Origin: Patescibacteria group bacterium
GTDB lineage: Bacteria > Patescibacteriota > UBA1384 > XYA2-FULL-43-10 > 1-14-0-10-43-13
Assembly (NCBI GenBank): GCA_041671645.1
Contig: JBAZBD010000001.1
Coordinates: 337,217 to 401,216 of the forward strand
DNA length: 64,000 nt
Reading direction: 5' to 3'
The notes under the pieces were generated by a model. The model saw only the letters and a list, made by a program, of their open reading frames with translations, searched no databases and was not told the origin of the DNA. Each line of letters opens with the position of its first letter. The first letter of the stretch is position 1. The position numbers were made by a program, and so were the translations under genes. Of the stretch, positions 50,775 to 61,234 are shown piece by piece.

Positions 50775-52154
50775 ATGATGGGCAAGAACGACAAGATGGA
50801 AAAAATAATTTCACTTTGTAAGAGGCGTGGTTTTGTCTATCCGTCCTCTGAAATTTATGGCGGATTTGCCAATGCATACGATTTTGGCCCACTCGGGTCT
50901 CAGATGAAGAAAAATATCAAAGACGAGTGGTGGAGACGCTTCGTCACATTTCGTGATGATGTTGTTGGTCTCGATAGCGCTATCATCCAAAATCCCAAAG
51001 TATGGCAGGCGTCGGGACATCTGACCTCTTTTTCCGACCCGCTTTTTGAGTGCAAGAAGTGCAACCAGCGTTTCCGAGTTGATCATGCCAACGAAGCCAA
51101 AGAGAAATACAAGAATCACGAGGAGATGACGAAGGAAGAGAAGGCTATGGTAGTCTGCCCACAGGGCGGCGAGCATAGTTTCACTGATGCCAAAGAATTC
51201 AACTTGATGTTCAAGACCTTCATCGGGGTGACCGATGATTCCTCGTCTGTGGCCTATTTGCGTCCAGAGACAGCTCAGGGAATATTCATCAATTTCCAAA
51301 ATGTATTGCAATCTACTCGGGTGAAAATTCCTTTTGGTATAGCCCAAATCGGCAAGGCTTTTCGCAATGAGATTACCCCTGGCAACTTCATATTTCGCAC
51401 CCGTGAATTTGAACAGATGGAGATCGAATTTTTTGTCGCTCCAGACAAGGCGGAGTCGAAGAAGTGGCATGACTTTTGGATCGAACAGGTCAAAAATTTC
51501 TATTTGGATCTTGGAGTCAATCCAGAAAATCTGAAACTTCGAGCTCATGACAAATCAGAATTATCTCACTATTCTGCCGGGACGACCGATATTGAATATG
51601 AATTTCCTTTTGGCACCTCAGAATTAGCTGGAATTGCCCAGCGAACCGATTATGACTTGTCTGAACACGAGAAGGCTTCTGGCCAGGAGCTCAAATATTT
51701 TGATGAAGAATCTGGCAAGAAATTCACTCCCTATGTGATTGAGCCCTCCCAAGGTGTTGATCGCGCGATGTTGGCTTTCCTTGTTGATGCGTATGACGAA
51801 TCAGACGGCACGGACGGACGCAAGGAGGGGGAAGTTACTATGAGAATTCATCCCAAATTGGCGCCAGTTAAGGTTGGAATTTTCCCACTGGTCAAGAAGG
51901 AAGGTTTGCCAGAAATCGCCAAGAAAATCTCAGAGGATCTGAAAAGGCATGGTATCACTACATTTTATGATGAATCAGGCTCTGTGGGGCGCCGTTATCG
52001 TCGACAGGACGAGATTGGCACTCCTTGGTGTATCACGGTAGATTTCGACTCTCTGACTGACAAATCTGTCACACTGAGAGATCGTGACACGATGGAGCAA
52101 GAGAGAGTATCAATTGCAGAAATTGCTACTTTGATTGCTGGCAAATTGAGATAA
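50775..52154 (+). CDS. glyQS: Glycyl-tRNA synthetase (homodimeric alpha2 type)
   Basis: YLRPETAQGIF, FRNEITP, RTREFEQME, GRRYRRQDEIGTP. Confidence 0.97.
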   Translation: MMGKNDKMEKIISLCKRRGFVYPSSEIYGGFANAYDFGPLGSQMKKNIKDEWWRRFVTFRDDVVGLDSAIIQNPKVWQASGHLTSFSDPLFECKKCNQRFRVDHANEAKEKYKNHEEMTKEEKAMVVCPQGGEHSFTDAKEFNLMFKTFIGVTDDSSSVAYLRPETAQGIFINFQNVLQSTRVKIPFGIAQIGKAFRNEITPGNFIFRTREFEQMEIEFFVAPDKAESKKWHDFWIEQVKNFYLDLGVNPENLKLRAHDKSELSHYSAGTTDIEYEFPFGTSELAGIAQRTDYDLSEHEKASGQELKYFDEESGKKFTPYVIEPSQGVDRAMLAFLVDAYDESDGTDGRKEGEVTMRIHPKLAPVKVGIFPLVKKEGLPEIAKKISEDLKRHGITTFYDESGSVGRRYRRQDEIGTPWCITVDFDSLTDKSVTLRDRDTMEQERVSIAEIATLIAGKLR

Positions 52155-52279
52155 GATATCCCTTTGAGATTTAATAGTTGGTTCTGATCGAATAATACTG
52201 CCAAAATATAAAAAATCAGCTCTTCTGGAGCTGATTTTTTTGGTATGCAGAAATATCCACAATATATGGGGCTTTTTGG

Positions 52280-52341
52280 TTGACTGAGAAGCGAACAGGG
52301 CTTACAATATGAACAAGTGGTAAAAAGTGGGAAGAAGTGGG
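52280..52341 (+). promoter_or_regulatory. dcw promoter with MraZ operator
   Basis: TTGACT-N17-TACAAT followed by three AAGTGG(G) repeats at 10-bp period. Confidence 0.85.
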
Positions 52342-52372
52342 AGGGTGATTAATAAATATCTGAGATTAAAAC

Positions 52373-52804
52373 ATGTTTATCGGAGAGTATTCACATTCTA
52401 TTGATGATAAGGGAAGAGTTTCAGTCCCGGTCAAATTCCGCGGTGATTTAGCCTCTGGATGTGTAGTCACAAGGGGTTTAGACGGATGTCTCTGGCTCTA
52501 TCCTACCGCCGATTGGCACGCTTTGGCCGAAAAGATTTCAGAGCTACCAGTAACTCAGAAAAATTCACGCTCTTTCGCTAGGTTTATCCTCTCGGGGGCG
52601 GTAGAGTGCGAGATCGATAGAGTCGGACGAATCAATTTGCCAAAGTATCTGTCAGCATATGCCGGGATCAAATCGAAGGTGACGCTCAACGGAATGTACA
52701 ATCGAGTCGAGATATGGTCAGAGAACAAGTGGACAGAGTTCAAGAAGGGGATGGAGGAGAATTCTGAGGAAGTCGCAGAGAATCTGAGCGAAATAGGATT
52801 CTAA
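52373..52804 (+). CDS. mraZ: Division/cell wall cluster regulator MraZ
   Basis: MFIGEY.H.IDDKGR, D..GRI.LP, EIWS. Confidence 0.97.
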   Translation: MFIGEYSHSIDDKGRVSVPVKFRGDLASGCVVTRGLDGCLWLYPTADWHALAEKISELPVTQKNSRSFARFILSGAVECEIDRVGRINLPKYLSAYAGIKSKVTLNGMYNRVEIWSENKWTEFKKGMEENSEEVAENLSEIGF

Positions 52805-52839
52805 AATAGGGTCGGAGAGGCAGAGAGAAGTACATTGAA

Positions 52840-53065
52840 AATTAGTCATAAGAATCAGCAGCCAGCACAAATCTCGTTTTCTTTGAGGAGGGGGCGAGGT
52901 TTAACCTTGATTATATCAAGCGAAAACAAAAAAATTGTCAAAACGACAGCAAAAAACCCGCTTCATTCCGATTTATCGGAACAAGGCGGGTCAATACATC
53001 TACTTAATTATACATTAAGTGATGACGAAACAAAACTCGCTGGCTGATGATTCTTCAGACTAATT
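52840..53065 (+). ncRNA. Candidate structured RNA element between mraZ and ftsL
   Basis: 27-nt terminal arms pair at 24/27 positions and enclose four hairpins. Confidence 0.55.
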
Positions 53066-53143
53066 AACATACAAATTCGAAATTATCCGAATTGCAGATG
53101 GAGAACGTACGTGGCGCATAACTAATTTTTATTGGAGGTTGCT

Positions 53144-53506
53144 TTGGGAAGAGGATATGTTATCACAAATAGCGGCTCATCGGAGCGCGGATTCAAGAAA
53201 AAAACGGTCAAACGCGAAGTTGTGATCGGACCAAACGCAATTAAATTTATCACAATTATTATTGCCGCTGTTTTGGCAGTTGTATACTTGGGTCAATCTA
53301 CCGCAGGCGCTGGTCGAAGCGTCAAAACCAGAGACATCGAAAGCCGCAAGGGCGATTTGATGCTAGAGAAGGAAAGGCTCGAGACAGAGCAAACTAGATT
53401 GAAATCGCTGAAAGAGATAGACGGAAATATCGAAAAGCCTGCGCTGGAGCCTGTTTCGGGCGTCAACCATCTTGCGGGTGACAAACAGATTGCTCAAAAT
53501 AACTAA
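53144..53506 (+). CDS. FtsL-like cell division protein
   Basis: Single TM plus coiled coil, directly upstream of ftsI; TTG start after GGAGG. Confidence 0.7.
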   Translation: MGRGYVITNSGSSERGFKKKTVKREVVIGPNAIKFITIIIAAVLAVVYLGQSTAGAGRSVKTRDIESRKGDLMLEKERLETEQTRLKSLKEIDGNIEKPALEPVSGVNHLAGDKQIAQNN

Positions 53507-53524
53507 AACTCATATAATACGCCT

Positions 53525-55270
53525 ATGCGAGGAGAATATTTAAAAACGGTTGAAGGCCGCCTCAAGTTCATGGGCGTTTTTGTATTAGCGATCGGTGGAC
53601 TGCTCTTTTGGCGAATGTTTGATATCCAAGTCCTGAAGCACGACCACTATTTAGCCATGGCTCAGGACCAGCAGAGATTTGAAAAAGTTCAAACCGCCCA
53701 GCGTGGTAAAATTTTAGTCCATGATTCCAACGTTGACGATTCGGTCTATTATCCCCTTGCCATGGATGTCAAAAGCTTCGCAGTCTGGGCCGTCCCTCGT
53801 CAGATCAAAGAGAAGGATAAGGTCTCGACAGAGTTGGCTTCTCTTTTGAGCATTGACGGGAAAGAATTATTTTCGAAGATCGACAATGACAAAATGTATA
53901 TTCCACCGCTCAAGAGGGGGCTGTCTTTCGATGACGCGGCTAAAGTCAAAGCTAAGGCAATTGGCGGCATCCTAGTGATCCCTGAATATAGTCGGAATTA
54001 CCCCGAAGGCAGTTTGGCCTCTCAGGTGCTCGGTTTCGTCAACAAAGAGGGTGAGGGCAAATACGGTTTTGAGGGGCATTATAATGATGAGTTGAAGGGC
54101 AAGGAGGGGAATTTGGTCGGCGAGAAAGATACGATTGGTCGGATCATCAGCCTTCTCTCTCAGAAAGAGCCACAAAATGGCACTAGCTATGTCCTCTCGA
54201 TTGACCGTTCAGTCCAATATTTTGTCGAGCAAAAATTGGCCAAGGCAATCACGGATTATCAGGCTGATTCCGGCACGGTTGTAATTATGGACGTGAAGAC
54301 CGGTGGTATTTTGGCCATGGCGAGTTTGCCGACTTTTGACCCAAACAACTACCAAACCCAGGCCAATACCGACACATCCCTTTTCATGAATCCAGCGATC
54401 GCGGGCACGTTTGAGCCAGGTAGCATTTTCAAGCCTGTCATTATGTCTATCGCGATGGACAAAGGCCTGGTGACGCCAGAAACGGAGGAGACCTTCGGCG
54501 AATCGGTTGAAGTCCAGGGTTTCACAATCCATACAGCGGAGGGAAAAGCTTTCGGCAAAGAGACAATGACACAGGTGTTGGAGCACTCCGACAATGTTGG
54601 CATGGTTTGGCTGACCAGCAAGATGGCGAATCTTGACCTATATAACTCTATCAAATCTTTTGGTTTTCTGGATCGGACCGGAATCGACCTTGACTCTGAG
54701 GTGCCAGGCTACACTCTTCCGATCAAGAATTGGCAGGATATCAACAGGGCAACCGTTTCTTTCGGCCAGGGCATCGCTGTGACGCCTATAGAGCTAGTCT
54801 CTGCCTATGCCGCGATAGCCAACAACGGAAAGTATCTCGTTCCTCATATTGTCGATCGAATTGTCCACCCTGACGGCTCTTTCACACAGATCGGGAAGGA
54901 GGAGGGCAAACAGGTTATTAGCGAACAAGTCTCCGCTCAGATGAAGCAGATGCTCTACAATGTGGTGATAAATGGTACGGCCAAGAAAGCGAAGGTCCCA
55001 GGATTCAAAATATCTGCCAAGACAGGTACGGCACAAATTGCCAAGCCAGAAGGTGGCTATGAGGACAATGACGCCAAACTTGGTATTTTCAACCACACTG
55101 CGGCAGGTTTCGCCCCCTCTGATAATCCAGAGTATGCGATGTTGGTCAAGTTGACTCGTCCCAAGACCTTTCAATACGCCGAATCCACCGCAGTGCCGCT
55201 ATTTGGTGAAATATCCAACTTTCTGTTAAACTTTCATTACCGTACTACTCCTACGGAGCCGATCGAATAA
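53525..55270 (+). CDS. ftsI: Class B penicillin-binding protein FtsI/PBP2
   Basis: RG.I, R.YP.G, EPGSIFK (SxxK), SDN, KTGTAQ. Confidence 0.93.
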   Translation: MRGEYLKTVEGRLKFMGVFVLAIGGLLFWRMFDIQVLKHDHYLAMAQDQQRFEKVQTAQRGKILVHDSNVDDSVYYPLAMDVKSFAVWAVPRQIKEKDKVSTELASLLSIDGKELFSKIDNDKMYIPPLKRGLSFDDAAKVKAKAIGGILVIPEYSRNYPEGSLASQVLGFVNKEGEGKYGFEGHYNDELKGKEGNLVGEKDTIGRIISLLSQKEPQNGTSYVLSIDRSVQYFVEQKLAKAITDYQADSGTVVIMDVKTGGILAMASLPTFDPNNYQTQANTDTSLFMNPAIAGTFEPGSIFKPVIMSIAMDKGLVTPETEETFGESVEVQGFTIHTAEGKAFGKETMTQVLEHSDNVGMVWLTSKMANLDLYNSIKSFGFLDRTGIDLDSEVPGYTLPIKNWQDINRATVSFGQGIAVTPIELVSAYAAIANNGKYLVPHIVDRIVHPDGSFTQIGKEEGKQVISEQVSAQMKQMLYNVVINGTAKKAKVPGFKISAKTGTAQIAKPEGGYEDNDAKLGIFNHTAAGFAPSDNPEYAMLVKLTRPKTFQYAESTAVPLFGEISNFLLNFHYRTTPTEPIE

Positions 55271-55273
55271 ACT

Positions 55274-56524
55274 ATGAAAAATGTATTTCTAAAATTTATC
55301 TACTTCACTCTGGCTGCATATGCTCGGAAGGTGATTGCGACCCACAAACCGTTTGTGATCGGGATCACCGGATCGGTCGGCAAGAGCACGACCAAAGAGA
55401 TGGTGGCTCAGACGCTTCGAGATCATTTTGGTGACCAAGTCAGAGCCAATTTCGGCAATCTCAACGCTGAGATAGGAATACCGCTTACTATATTGGGTTA
55501 TGACAAGTTACCAAGCAAATTACTCTGGCCATTTTTCCTTGTCCAAGCATATTTCAGAACTTTCGAGAAAAAGTATCCAAGGTACTTGGTCTTGGAAATG
55601 GGCGTTGAGCGTCCGGGCGATATACAATATTTTGGCACAATCGTGCGCCCTGATATCGGCATTATCACTTCGACAGCCCCAGCCCACATCGCCAATTTTC
55701 CTTCGAGAGAAGTCCAGCAGGCAGAGAAGCGCGAAATGGCTAATATTATCAAAAAAGACGGTTCACTCCTTATCAACGCAGACGATTCCGGTCTTGCCAA
55801 GATCGATTTCCCCGGAATAGCCACTGTCGGGATTCAGACTCAAACGGCTCAATTTCGAGCTAATAGCATCAAGGTCTCAGAGTCGGGGACGGAATACAGA
55901 GTTGAGACGCTGGGCCAAAAAATCTCGATCAAATCCAGACTTTTGGGCGAGCACTTTGTCTACGCTGCTCTATTTGCCTTTGCCGTCGGAAACCGCTTCG
56001 GGATTCAATCACTTGAGATCAAGAAATCTATAGAGAAAACTGCACCTCAGCCAGGCAGGATGAATATATTGCGAGGCAGAGATGGCATTATCATTCTCGA
56101 CGACACATACAACGCCAGCCCGGCCTCGATCAAGGCGGCGCTAGACGTCTTATCAAATTTCTCGGGACGAAAGGTTGCAATCATTGGAAATATGAACGAA
56201 CTTGGCGAGATAGAGGAGCAGTCTCATCGCGAGGTTGCCGCTTACGCCAAGGGGATCGCAGATCTGGCTGTTTTCGCTGGCAAAAATGCCAAAATGATGG
56301 CCGAAGTCTGCGGAAATGGCGCTTTATCATATCTGACCAGAAAAGATTTGGAGGCCGACCTGGCAAATATCGTCAAATCACAGGACGTGGTGCTGATCAA
56401 GGCTTCACAAAATGGCAATTTCTTTGAGGAAATCACAAAGTTATTATTGTTTGACAAGTCAAAATCAGCTGAAATCTTGGTGCGTCAAAGCCGATTTTGG
56501 CTCAAAAAGAAAGGTATTAAATAA
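55274..56524 (+). CDS. murF: UDP-MurNAc-tripeptide:D-Ala-D-Ala ligase
   Basis: ITGSVGKSTTK, N.EIG.PL, LEMG, DDTYNASP, M.ELG. Confidence 0.92.
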   Translation: MKNVFLKFIYFTLAAYARKVIATHKPFVIGITGSVGKSTTKEMVAQTLRDHFGDQVRANFGNLNAEIGIPLTILGYDKLPSKLLWPFFLVQAYFRTFEKKYPRYLVLEMGVERPGDIQYFGTIVRPDIGIITSTAPAHIANFPSREVQQAEKREMANIIKKDGSLLINADDSGLAKIDFPGIATVGIQTQTAQFRANSIKVSESGTEYRVETLGQKISIKSRLLGEHFVYAALFAFAVGNRFGIQSLEIKKSIEKTAPQPGRMNILRGRDGIIILDDTYNASPASIKAALDVLSNFSGRKVAIIGNMNELGEIEEQSHREVAAYAKGIADLAVFAGKNAKMMAEVCGNGALSYLTRKDLEADLANIVKSQDVVLIKASQNGNFFEEITKLLLFDKSKSAEILVRQSRFWLKKKGIK

Positions 56525-56533
56525 GAGGCTTTT

Positions 56534-57559
56534 ATGGAAACATTTATTGTTGATGTCCCGACACTGGTTCGAATGTTTTGGTTTTCGCTGGCTGCGTTTC
56601 TGATCGCGATCGTCTGGACGCCGATTTTGACCAATTTCCTCTACAAAAATAAGATTGGCAAGACTATCCGCGACAGCAAGGATGCGCCAATTATGGCCAA
56701 GCTTCATGAGAAGAAGGCTGGCACTCCGACCATGGGCGGAATCCTGATTTGGATTACGACCGCAGTTCTGACAATTTTGTTCAATTTGTCCAGAAACGCG
56801 ACTTGGCTTCCCTTATTTTGTCTTGTCGCCACTGGGGTAGTTGGAGCGATTGACGATATTATGAATGTGAGAGGGGTCGGCGAAAAGGGCGGCGGTCTTT
56901 CTCTACGACAGAAATTACCGATCTATGCGGCGATAGCACTGGCGGGGGCTTGGTGGTTTTATTTCAAGCTAGATTGGCACTCAATTCATATCCCCGCAAT
57001 GGGAGACTTTTCGATCGGCCTTTGGTATATTCCACTTTTTGTCGGAGTCTTGGTCTGGATGGCCTTTGCTTCAAACGAAACAGATGGTCTGGATGGTCTA
57101 GCGGGAGGAATATTTGCGCTTTCATACGCTGTTTTTGCTATTATCGCATTGGTCGAGGGCAAGTCTGGTTTGGCAGTATTTTGCGCCACGATCATGGGGT
57201 CGCTGATGGCATTTCTCTGGTTTAACATTCCACCGGCAAGGTTTTTCATGGGCGATACCGGAAGCATGGCACTTGGTATGACACTTGGCGTGGTGGCGTT
57301 TCTTACAAATTCGGTCGTTGCTCTCTTTGTCGTTACATCAGTTTTCTCGATTGAAGGCCTAAGTTTCATTATCCAAATGCTCTCGAAGAAGCTCCGACAC
57401 GGCAAGAAGATATTTCTTTCCTCCCCAGTTCATCATCATCTTGAGGCAATCGGTTGGCCGGAGCACAAGATCACGATGCGTTTTTGGATATTGGGCGCCA
57501 TCTCTGCGGTTTGCGGTCTGGCAGTAGCATTAGTGGGAAGTGGCAGCTTTTATAGATAA
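56534..57559 (+). CDS. mraY: Phospho-MurNAc-pentapeptide transferase
   Basis: K.GTPTMGG, DD, NETDGLDGL, FMGDTGS, P.HHH.E. Confidence 0.97.
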   Translation: METFIVDVPTLVRMFWFSLAAFLIAIVWTPILTNFLYKNKIGKTIRDSKDAPIMAKLHEKKAGTPTMGGILIWITTAVLTILFNLSRNATWLPLFCLVATGVVGAIDDIMNVRGVGEKGGGLSLRQKLPIYAAIALAGAWWFYFKLDWHSIHIPAMGDFSIGLWYIPLFVGVLVWMAFASNETDGLDGLAGGIFALSYAVFAIIALVEGKSGLAVFCATIMGSLMAFLWFNIPPARFFMGDTGSMALGMTLGVVAFLTNSVVALFVVTSVFSIEGLSFIIQMLSKKLRHGKKIFLSSPVHHHLEAIGWPEHKITMRFWILGAISAVCGLAVALVGSGSFYR

Positions 57560-57560
57560 A

Positions 57561-58982
57561 ATGACAAACCCTTACATCAACAAGAAAATAGCGGTCCTGG
57601 GCTTCGGTATGGAAGGTCAGGCCGTAGCTCGTTTTTTGCTTGCCGAAGCTACAAGCATTGAGATTATCGATCAAAAATCGTCTGAGGCAGTCTTGGCCGA
57701 GCTTTTGGGGGACGCTAGAATGGAAGCGGTGAAAGTCCTGGACAATCCAAAGGTCAAATATATTGCAGCTGAAAAATTACCTTTGTTGACAGAGTATGAT
57801 GCCGTGTTCCGTTCCCCGTCGGTATATTTTGACGACAAAATGATTAGTGAGGCGAGGCAAGCGGGGGTCGAAGTTTCGAGTCAGATCCAATTATTTTTTG
57901 ACCTTTGCCCATGCAAAATTATTGGAGTGACTGGGACAAAAGGCAAGGGGACGACGAGCTCTCTAATATTTTCAATATTAGAAGCTCAAGTCAAAAGTCA
58001 AAAGTCAAAAGTTGAAAGTAAAGTATATCTGGCGGGTAATATTGGAGCGCCTACACTTGATTTGCTTCCGAATCTCGCTAGCGATGATATTGTCATCCTC
58101 GAGCTCTCAAACTTTCAATTAGCGGATTTGCACTCATCCCCGCATATTGCAGTCATGACCAATTTGGAAATCGATCATCTCGATTATCACAAGGACGAAG
58201 CGGAATACAGGAGGGCCAAGGAAAGCATACTGAGATACCAGAGTGAATCTGATTTTGCTGTTTTAAACAAAGAGTCAACTTTTGCCCCAGATTTCCTAAA
58301 AAGTGTGAAGTCTCAACTTCGTTATTTCTCTAGCAAGGACAGCTCGGCCAGCGCTTCTGTTTCAAGCGGCTCTGCATATCTGGCCTCTGAAAGCGGTAAA
58401 AAAGAAATTTGTACTACCTCCCAAATCAAATTGGTCGGGCGGCATAATTTGATGAATATCGCGGCTGCCACAATCGTAGCTGATCTCTTGGGTGTCAAAT
58501 TCGATCTGATCAGGGAAGCCATCAAAAATTTTGAGGGTTTGCCTCATCGACTCGAGACCGTAGCCGAGATTCAAGGCATCAAGTTTATTAATGATTCATT
58601 TTCGACCAATCCAGGCCCGACAATAGCTGCAGTTAGTGCCTTTGATGAGCCAAAAGTCTTGATCTTGGGTGGAAGCGAAAAAGGAGCCGATTTTTTAGAG
58701 ATGGCTCGAGTCATCGCCAAATCCAATACCAAGGCAGTCATATCTATCGGAGTCGAGGGGCCAAGAATCAATCAAGCGCTTGAGAAAATGGGCTTTGCGG
58801 GCAAAATAATTAAGGGAGAGGAAACTCTAGACTTGATTGTCAGACAGGCTAAGGAGTCGGCCGGAATTGGCGACTTAGTCATATTCTCTCCAGCCTGCGC
58901 CTCTTTTGATATGTTCAAAAATTACAAAGATAGGGGAGAGAAGTTCAAGGAAGAGGTTTGGAAGTTAATAGGAAAATCATAA
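57561..58982 (+). CDS. murD: UDP-MurNAc-L-Ala:D-Glu ligase
   Basis: VTGTKGKGTT, GNIG, ELSNFQL, DHLDYH, GLPHRLE, SPACASFD. Confidence 0.95.
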   Translation: MTNPYINKKIAVLGFGMEGQAVARFLLAEATSIEIIDQKSSEAVLAELLGDARMEAVKVLDNPKVKYIAAEKLPLLTEYDAVFRSPSVYFDDKMISEARQAGVEVSSQIQLFFDLCPCKIIGVTGTKGKGTTSSLIFSILEAQVKSQKSKVESKVYLAGNIGAPTLDLLPNLASDDIVILELSNFQLADLHSSPHIAVMTNLEIDHLDYHKDEAEYRRAKESILRYQSESDFAVLNKESTFAPDFLKSVKSQLRYFSSKDSSASASVSSGSAYLASESGKKEICTTSQIKLVGRHNLMNIAAATIVADLLGVKFDLIREAIKNFEGLPHRLETVAEIQGIKFINDSFSTNPGPTIAAVSAFDEPKVLILGGSEKGADFLEMARVIAKSNTKAVISIGVEGPRINQALEKMGFAGKIIKGEETLDLIVRQAKESAGIGDLVIFSPACASFDMFKNYKDRGEKFKEEVWKLIGKS

Positions 58983-58987
58983 ATAAT

Positions 58988-60097
58988 ATGAATAGTGTTC
59001 GACGAAAACATTCTGATTATTGGCTGTCGTTGTCGGTCTTCGCACTGATTTGCTTCGGGCTGATTATGATTTATTCTGTCTCGAAATATTATTCTCTTGA
59101 TGTTACCGACGGAGCGACTGACAAACTTTATCTCAAAAAACAGATTTTTACTGTCGCGATCGGCCTTATCGCCTGGATCGTGATGCAGGCGATAGATTAC
59201 CGTTTTTGGTTAAAACACGCCGGCAAAATGTTCTATGCTACCTTGGGCTTGCTTGCCTTACCAATTATTTTGGAGCCGTTCGGCATAGCTAGGGCTGGCC
59301 GCTGGATCGATTTTCTTGGTTTTAATTTCCAGCCAGCTGAATTAGCAAAGCTAACATTTATTTTCTATCTTGCTGCCTGGTTTGCCCAGAAGGGTGAAAA
59401 TCAGAAGAAGATACAGGAGTCCTTCTGGAGTTTTGTCGGCATCGTAGGTATCATCGCTGGCTTTATGTTGTTGGAGAAAGATCTTGGAACTCTTGCCATA
59501 TTTGTGATCATCTCGGCCGGAATGTTTATCATGGCGGGCGCGCCCCTGTCTCAGATTTTTTCTGGTGGCGCCCTGGCGGCGGCTCTTGTCTGGCTGGCGG
59601 TCAAGATCGAGCCATATCGGATGCAACGTTTTTTAACTTTTCTAAATCCTGAAAATGATAGTTTGAGTTCCGGCTATCATATCAAGAACGCCCTGATTGC
59701 TATTGGGTCGGGCGGACTTTGGGGTTTGGGATTTGGCCAGAGTCGGCAAAAATATCTTTATCTGCCAGAGGCTCATACTGATTCGATTTTTGCTATAATA
59801 TGTGAAGAGCTTGGCATGGTCCGAGCCAGTCTGATCATCGTAGTCTTTATCTTCATCGCGATGAGGGGACTCAAGATCGCACTGCGCGCTCCAGATATCT
59901 TCTCGCGTTTGTTGGCCGCTAGTATTACTTTCTGGCTCTTCGCCCAGATGGCGATCAACATCTCCGCCATGTTCTCCCTCGTCCCACTTACCGGAATCCC
60001 ACTGCCCTTCATCAGCTATGGCGGAACATCAGTTATAATCCTCCTTTCAGCGGTCGGAGTACTCTCAAATATTTCTAAACATACTACGGATAGATAA
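58988..60097 (+). CDS. ftsW: SEDS peptidoglycan polymerase FtsW
   Basis: RWI, FQPAELAK, DLGT, LPEAHTD.IF, LPFISYGG. Confidence 0.95.
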   Translation: MNSVRRKHSDYWLSLSVFALICFGLIMIYSVSKYYSLDVTDGATDKLYLKKQIFTVAIGLIAWIVMQAIDYRFWLKHAGKMFYATLGLLALPIILEPFGIARAGRWIDFLGFNFQPAELAKLTFIFYLAAWFAQKGENQKKIQESFWSFVGIVGIIAGFMLLEKDLGTLAIFVIISAGMFIMAGAPLSQIFSGGALAAALVWLAVKIEPYRMQRFLTFLNPENDSLSSGYHIKNALIAIGSGGLWGLGFGQSRQKYLYLPEAHTDSIFAIICEELGMVRASLIIVVFIFIAMRGLKIALRAPDIFSRLLAASITFWLFAQMAINISAMFSLVPLTGIPLPFISYGGTSVIILLSAVGVLSNISKHTTDR

Positions 60098-60117
60098 GTT
60101 GAAAGTAGAAAGTCAAG

Positions 60118-61233
60118 ATGACCAAAGAAAAAACAATTTTGTTGGTTGGCGGCGGGACGGGCGGGCACATTGTGCCCATATTTGAGCTGTATGAGAAGCT
60201 CAAGGAATCAGACAAGTCGCTCACTATCAAGGTAGTCGGTGGCGGGACACTGATTGAGGGTCAATTTTTTGGTGGTAACTCGGATTATATCGCGATTGAG
60301 ACGGGCAAATTGCATCGGGCCTTTACCTTCAAAATCATCAATGAAATCAGGAAATATTTTGTCGGACGGGCACAAGCCCGCAAAATACTATCTGATCTGA
60401 AGCCTGATTTAATATTCTCCAAAGGCGGCTATGTTTCATTGCCGGTCATATATTGGGCCAAGAAGCTCAAGATTCCATATTTTATCCACGAATCTGATAT
60501 TGAAATGGGAGAAGCCAACAAATATGCGGCCAAAGGTGCGACCAAAGTATTCGTTGGATTCAAAACAGAAAACTACAAGGATCTTCATAGCGACAAGCTG
60601 ATTTTTGCTGGCCAATTTATTCCGACCTTGCTTTTGAAACAGGAAAAAACCAAAAGTCTCTTCGACAATGCCAAGCCCACAATATTTGTGACAGGTGGAA
60701 GCCAGGGCGCGATCGCAATCAATGATGTGGTCAAATCATCTGTCGTCTCCCTGGCAAAATCATACAATATCATACATCAGACAGGGGACTTTGACTTCGA
60801 CAAAATGACCAAATTTAGAGAGTCACTGGACGATGAAACCAAGGAGAGTTATATAGTCCGAAGTTTTTTCCCACATGAATCTGGGGCGGATGGCATATAT
60901 TCTGTCTATCGAGCGAGTGATCTCTTTGTTGGACGCGCCAGCATTACTTTCCCTGCCGAAGCGACTGCTGTAGGTTTGCCTCTGATCTTGATCCCTTATC
61001 CTCACGCTTCCGCTGATCATCAATTGAAGAACGGCCAGGCCTTGGAGAAAGAAGGTGCTTGCGTCATGATTGAGCAGAAGGACTTGAACGCCGATTTGTT
61101 AATACGGAAAATCAATGGCTTGATGGCTGATCCGGAAAAGTGTGATAGGATGGTATCGAAGGCAAAGGAATATTTTGGAAGCAACGCGCTTCTTGTGATT
61201 ACAGAGTCTATACTTAACGAAATAGAGAAATAG
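60118..61233 (+). CDS. murG: Lipid II GlcNAc transferase
   Basis: GGGTGGH, KGGYVS.P, HE, GGSQGA, HQ..N. Confidence 0.95.
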   Translation: MTKEKTILLVGGGTGGHIVPIFELYEKLKESDKSLTIKVVGGGTLIEGQFFGGNSDYIAIETGKLHRAFTFKIINEIRKYFVGRAQARKILSDLKPDLIFSKGGYVSLPVIYWAKKLKIPYFIHESDIEMGEANKYAAKGATKVFVGFKTENYKDLHSDKLIFAGQFIPTLLLKQEKTKSLFDNAKPTIFVTGGSQGAIAINDVVKSSVVSLAKSYNIIHQTGDFDFDKMTKFRESLDDETKESYIVRSFFPHESGADGIYSVYRASDLFVGRASITFPAEATAVGLPLILIPYPHASADHQLKNGQALEKEGACVMIEQKDLNADLLIRKINGLMADPEKCDRMVSKAKEYFGSNALLVITESILNEIEK

Positions 61234-61234
61234 T

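Noticed and set aside
52835-53047. 70-aa ORF between mraZ and ftsL, or an rsmH pseudogene
   Set aside because: No RsmH motifs (H.PV, D.T.G.GGH), TTG start, and the sequence is better explained by base-paired structure
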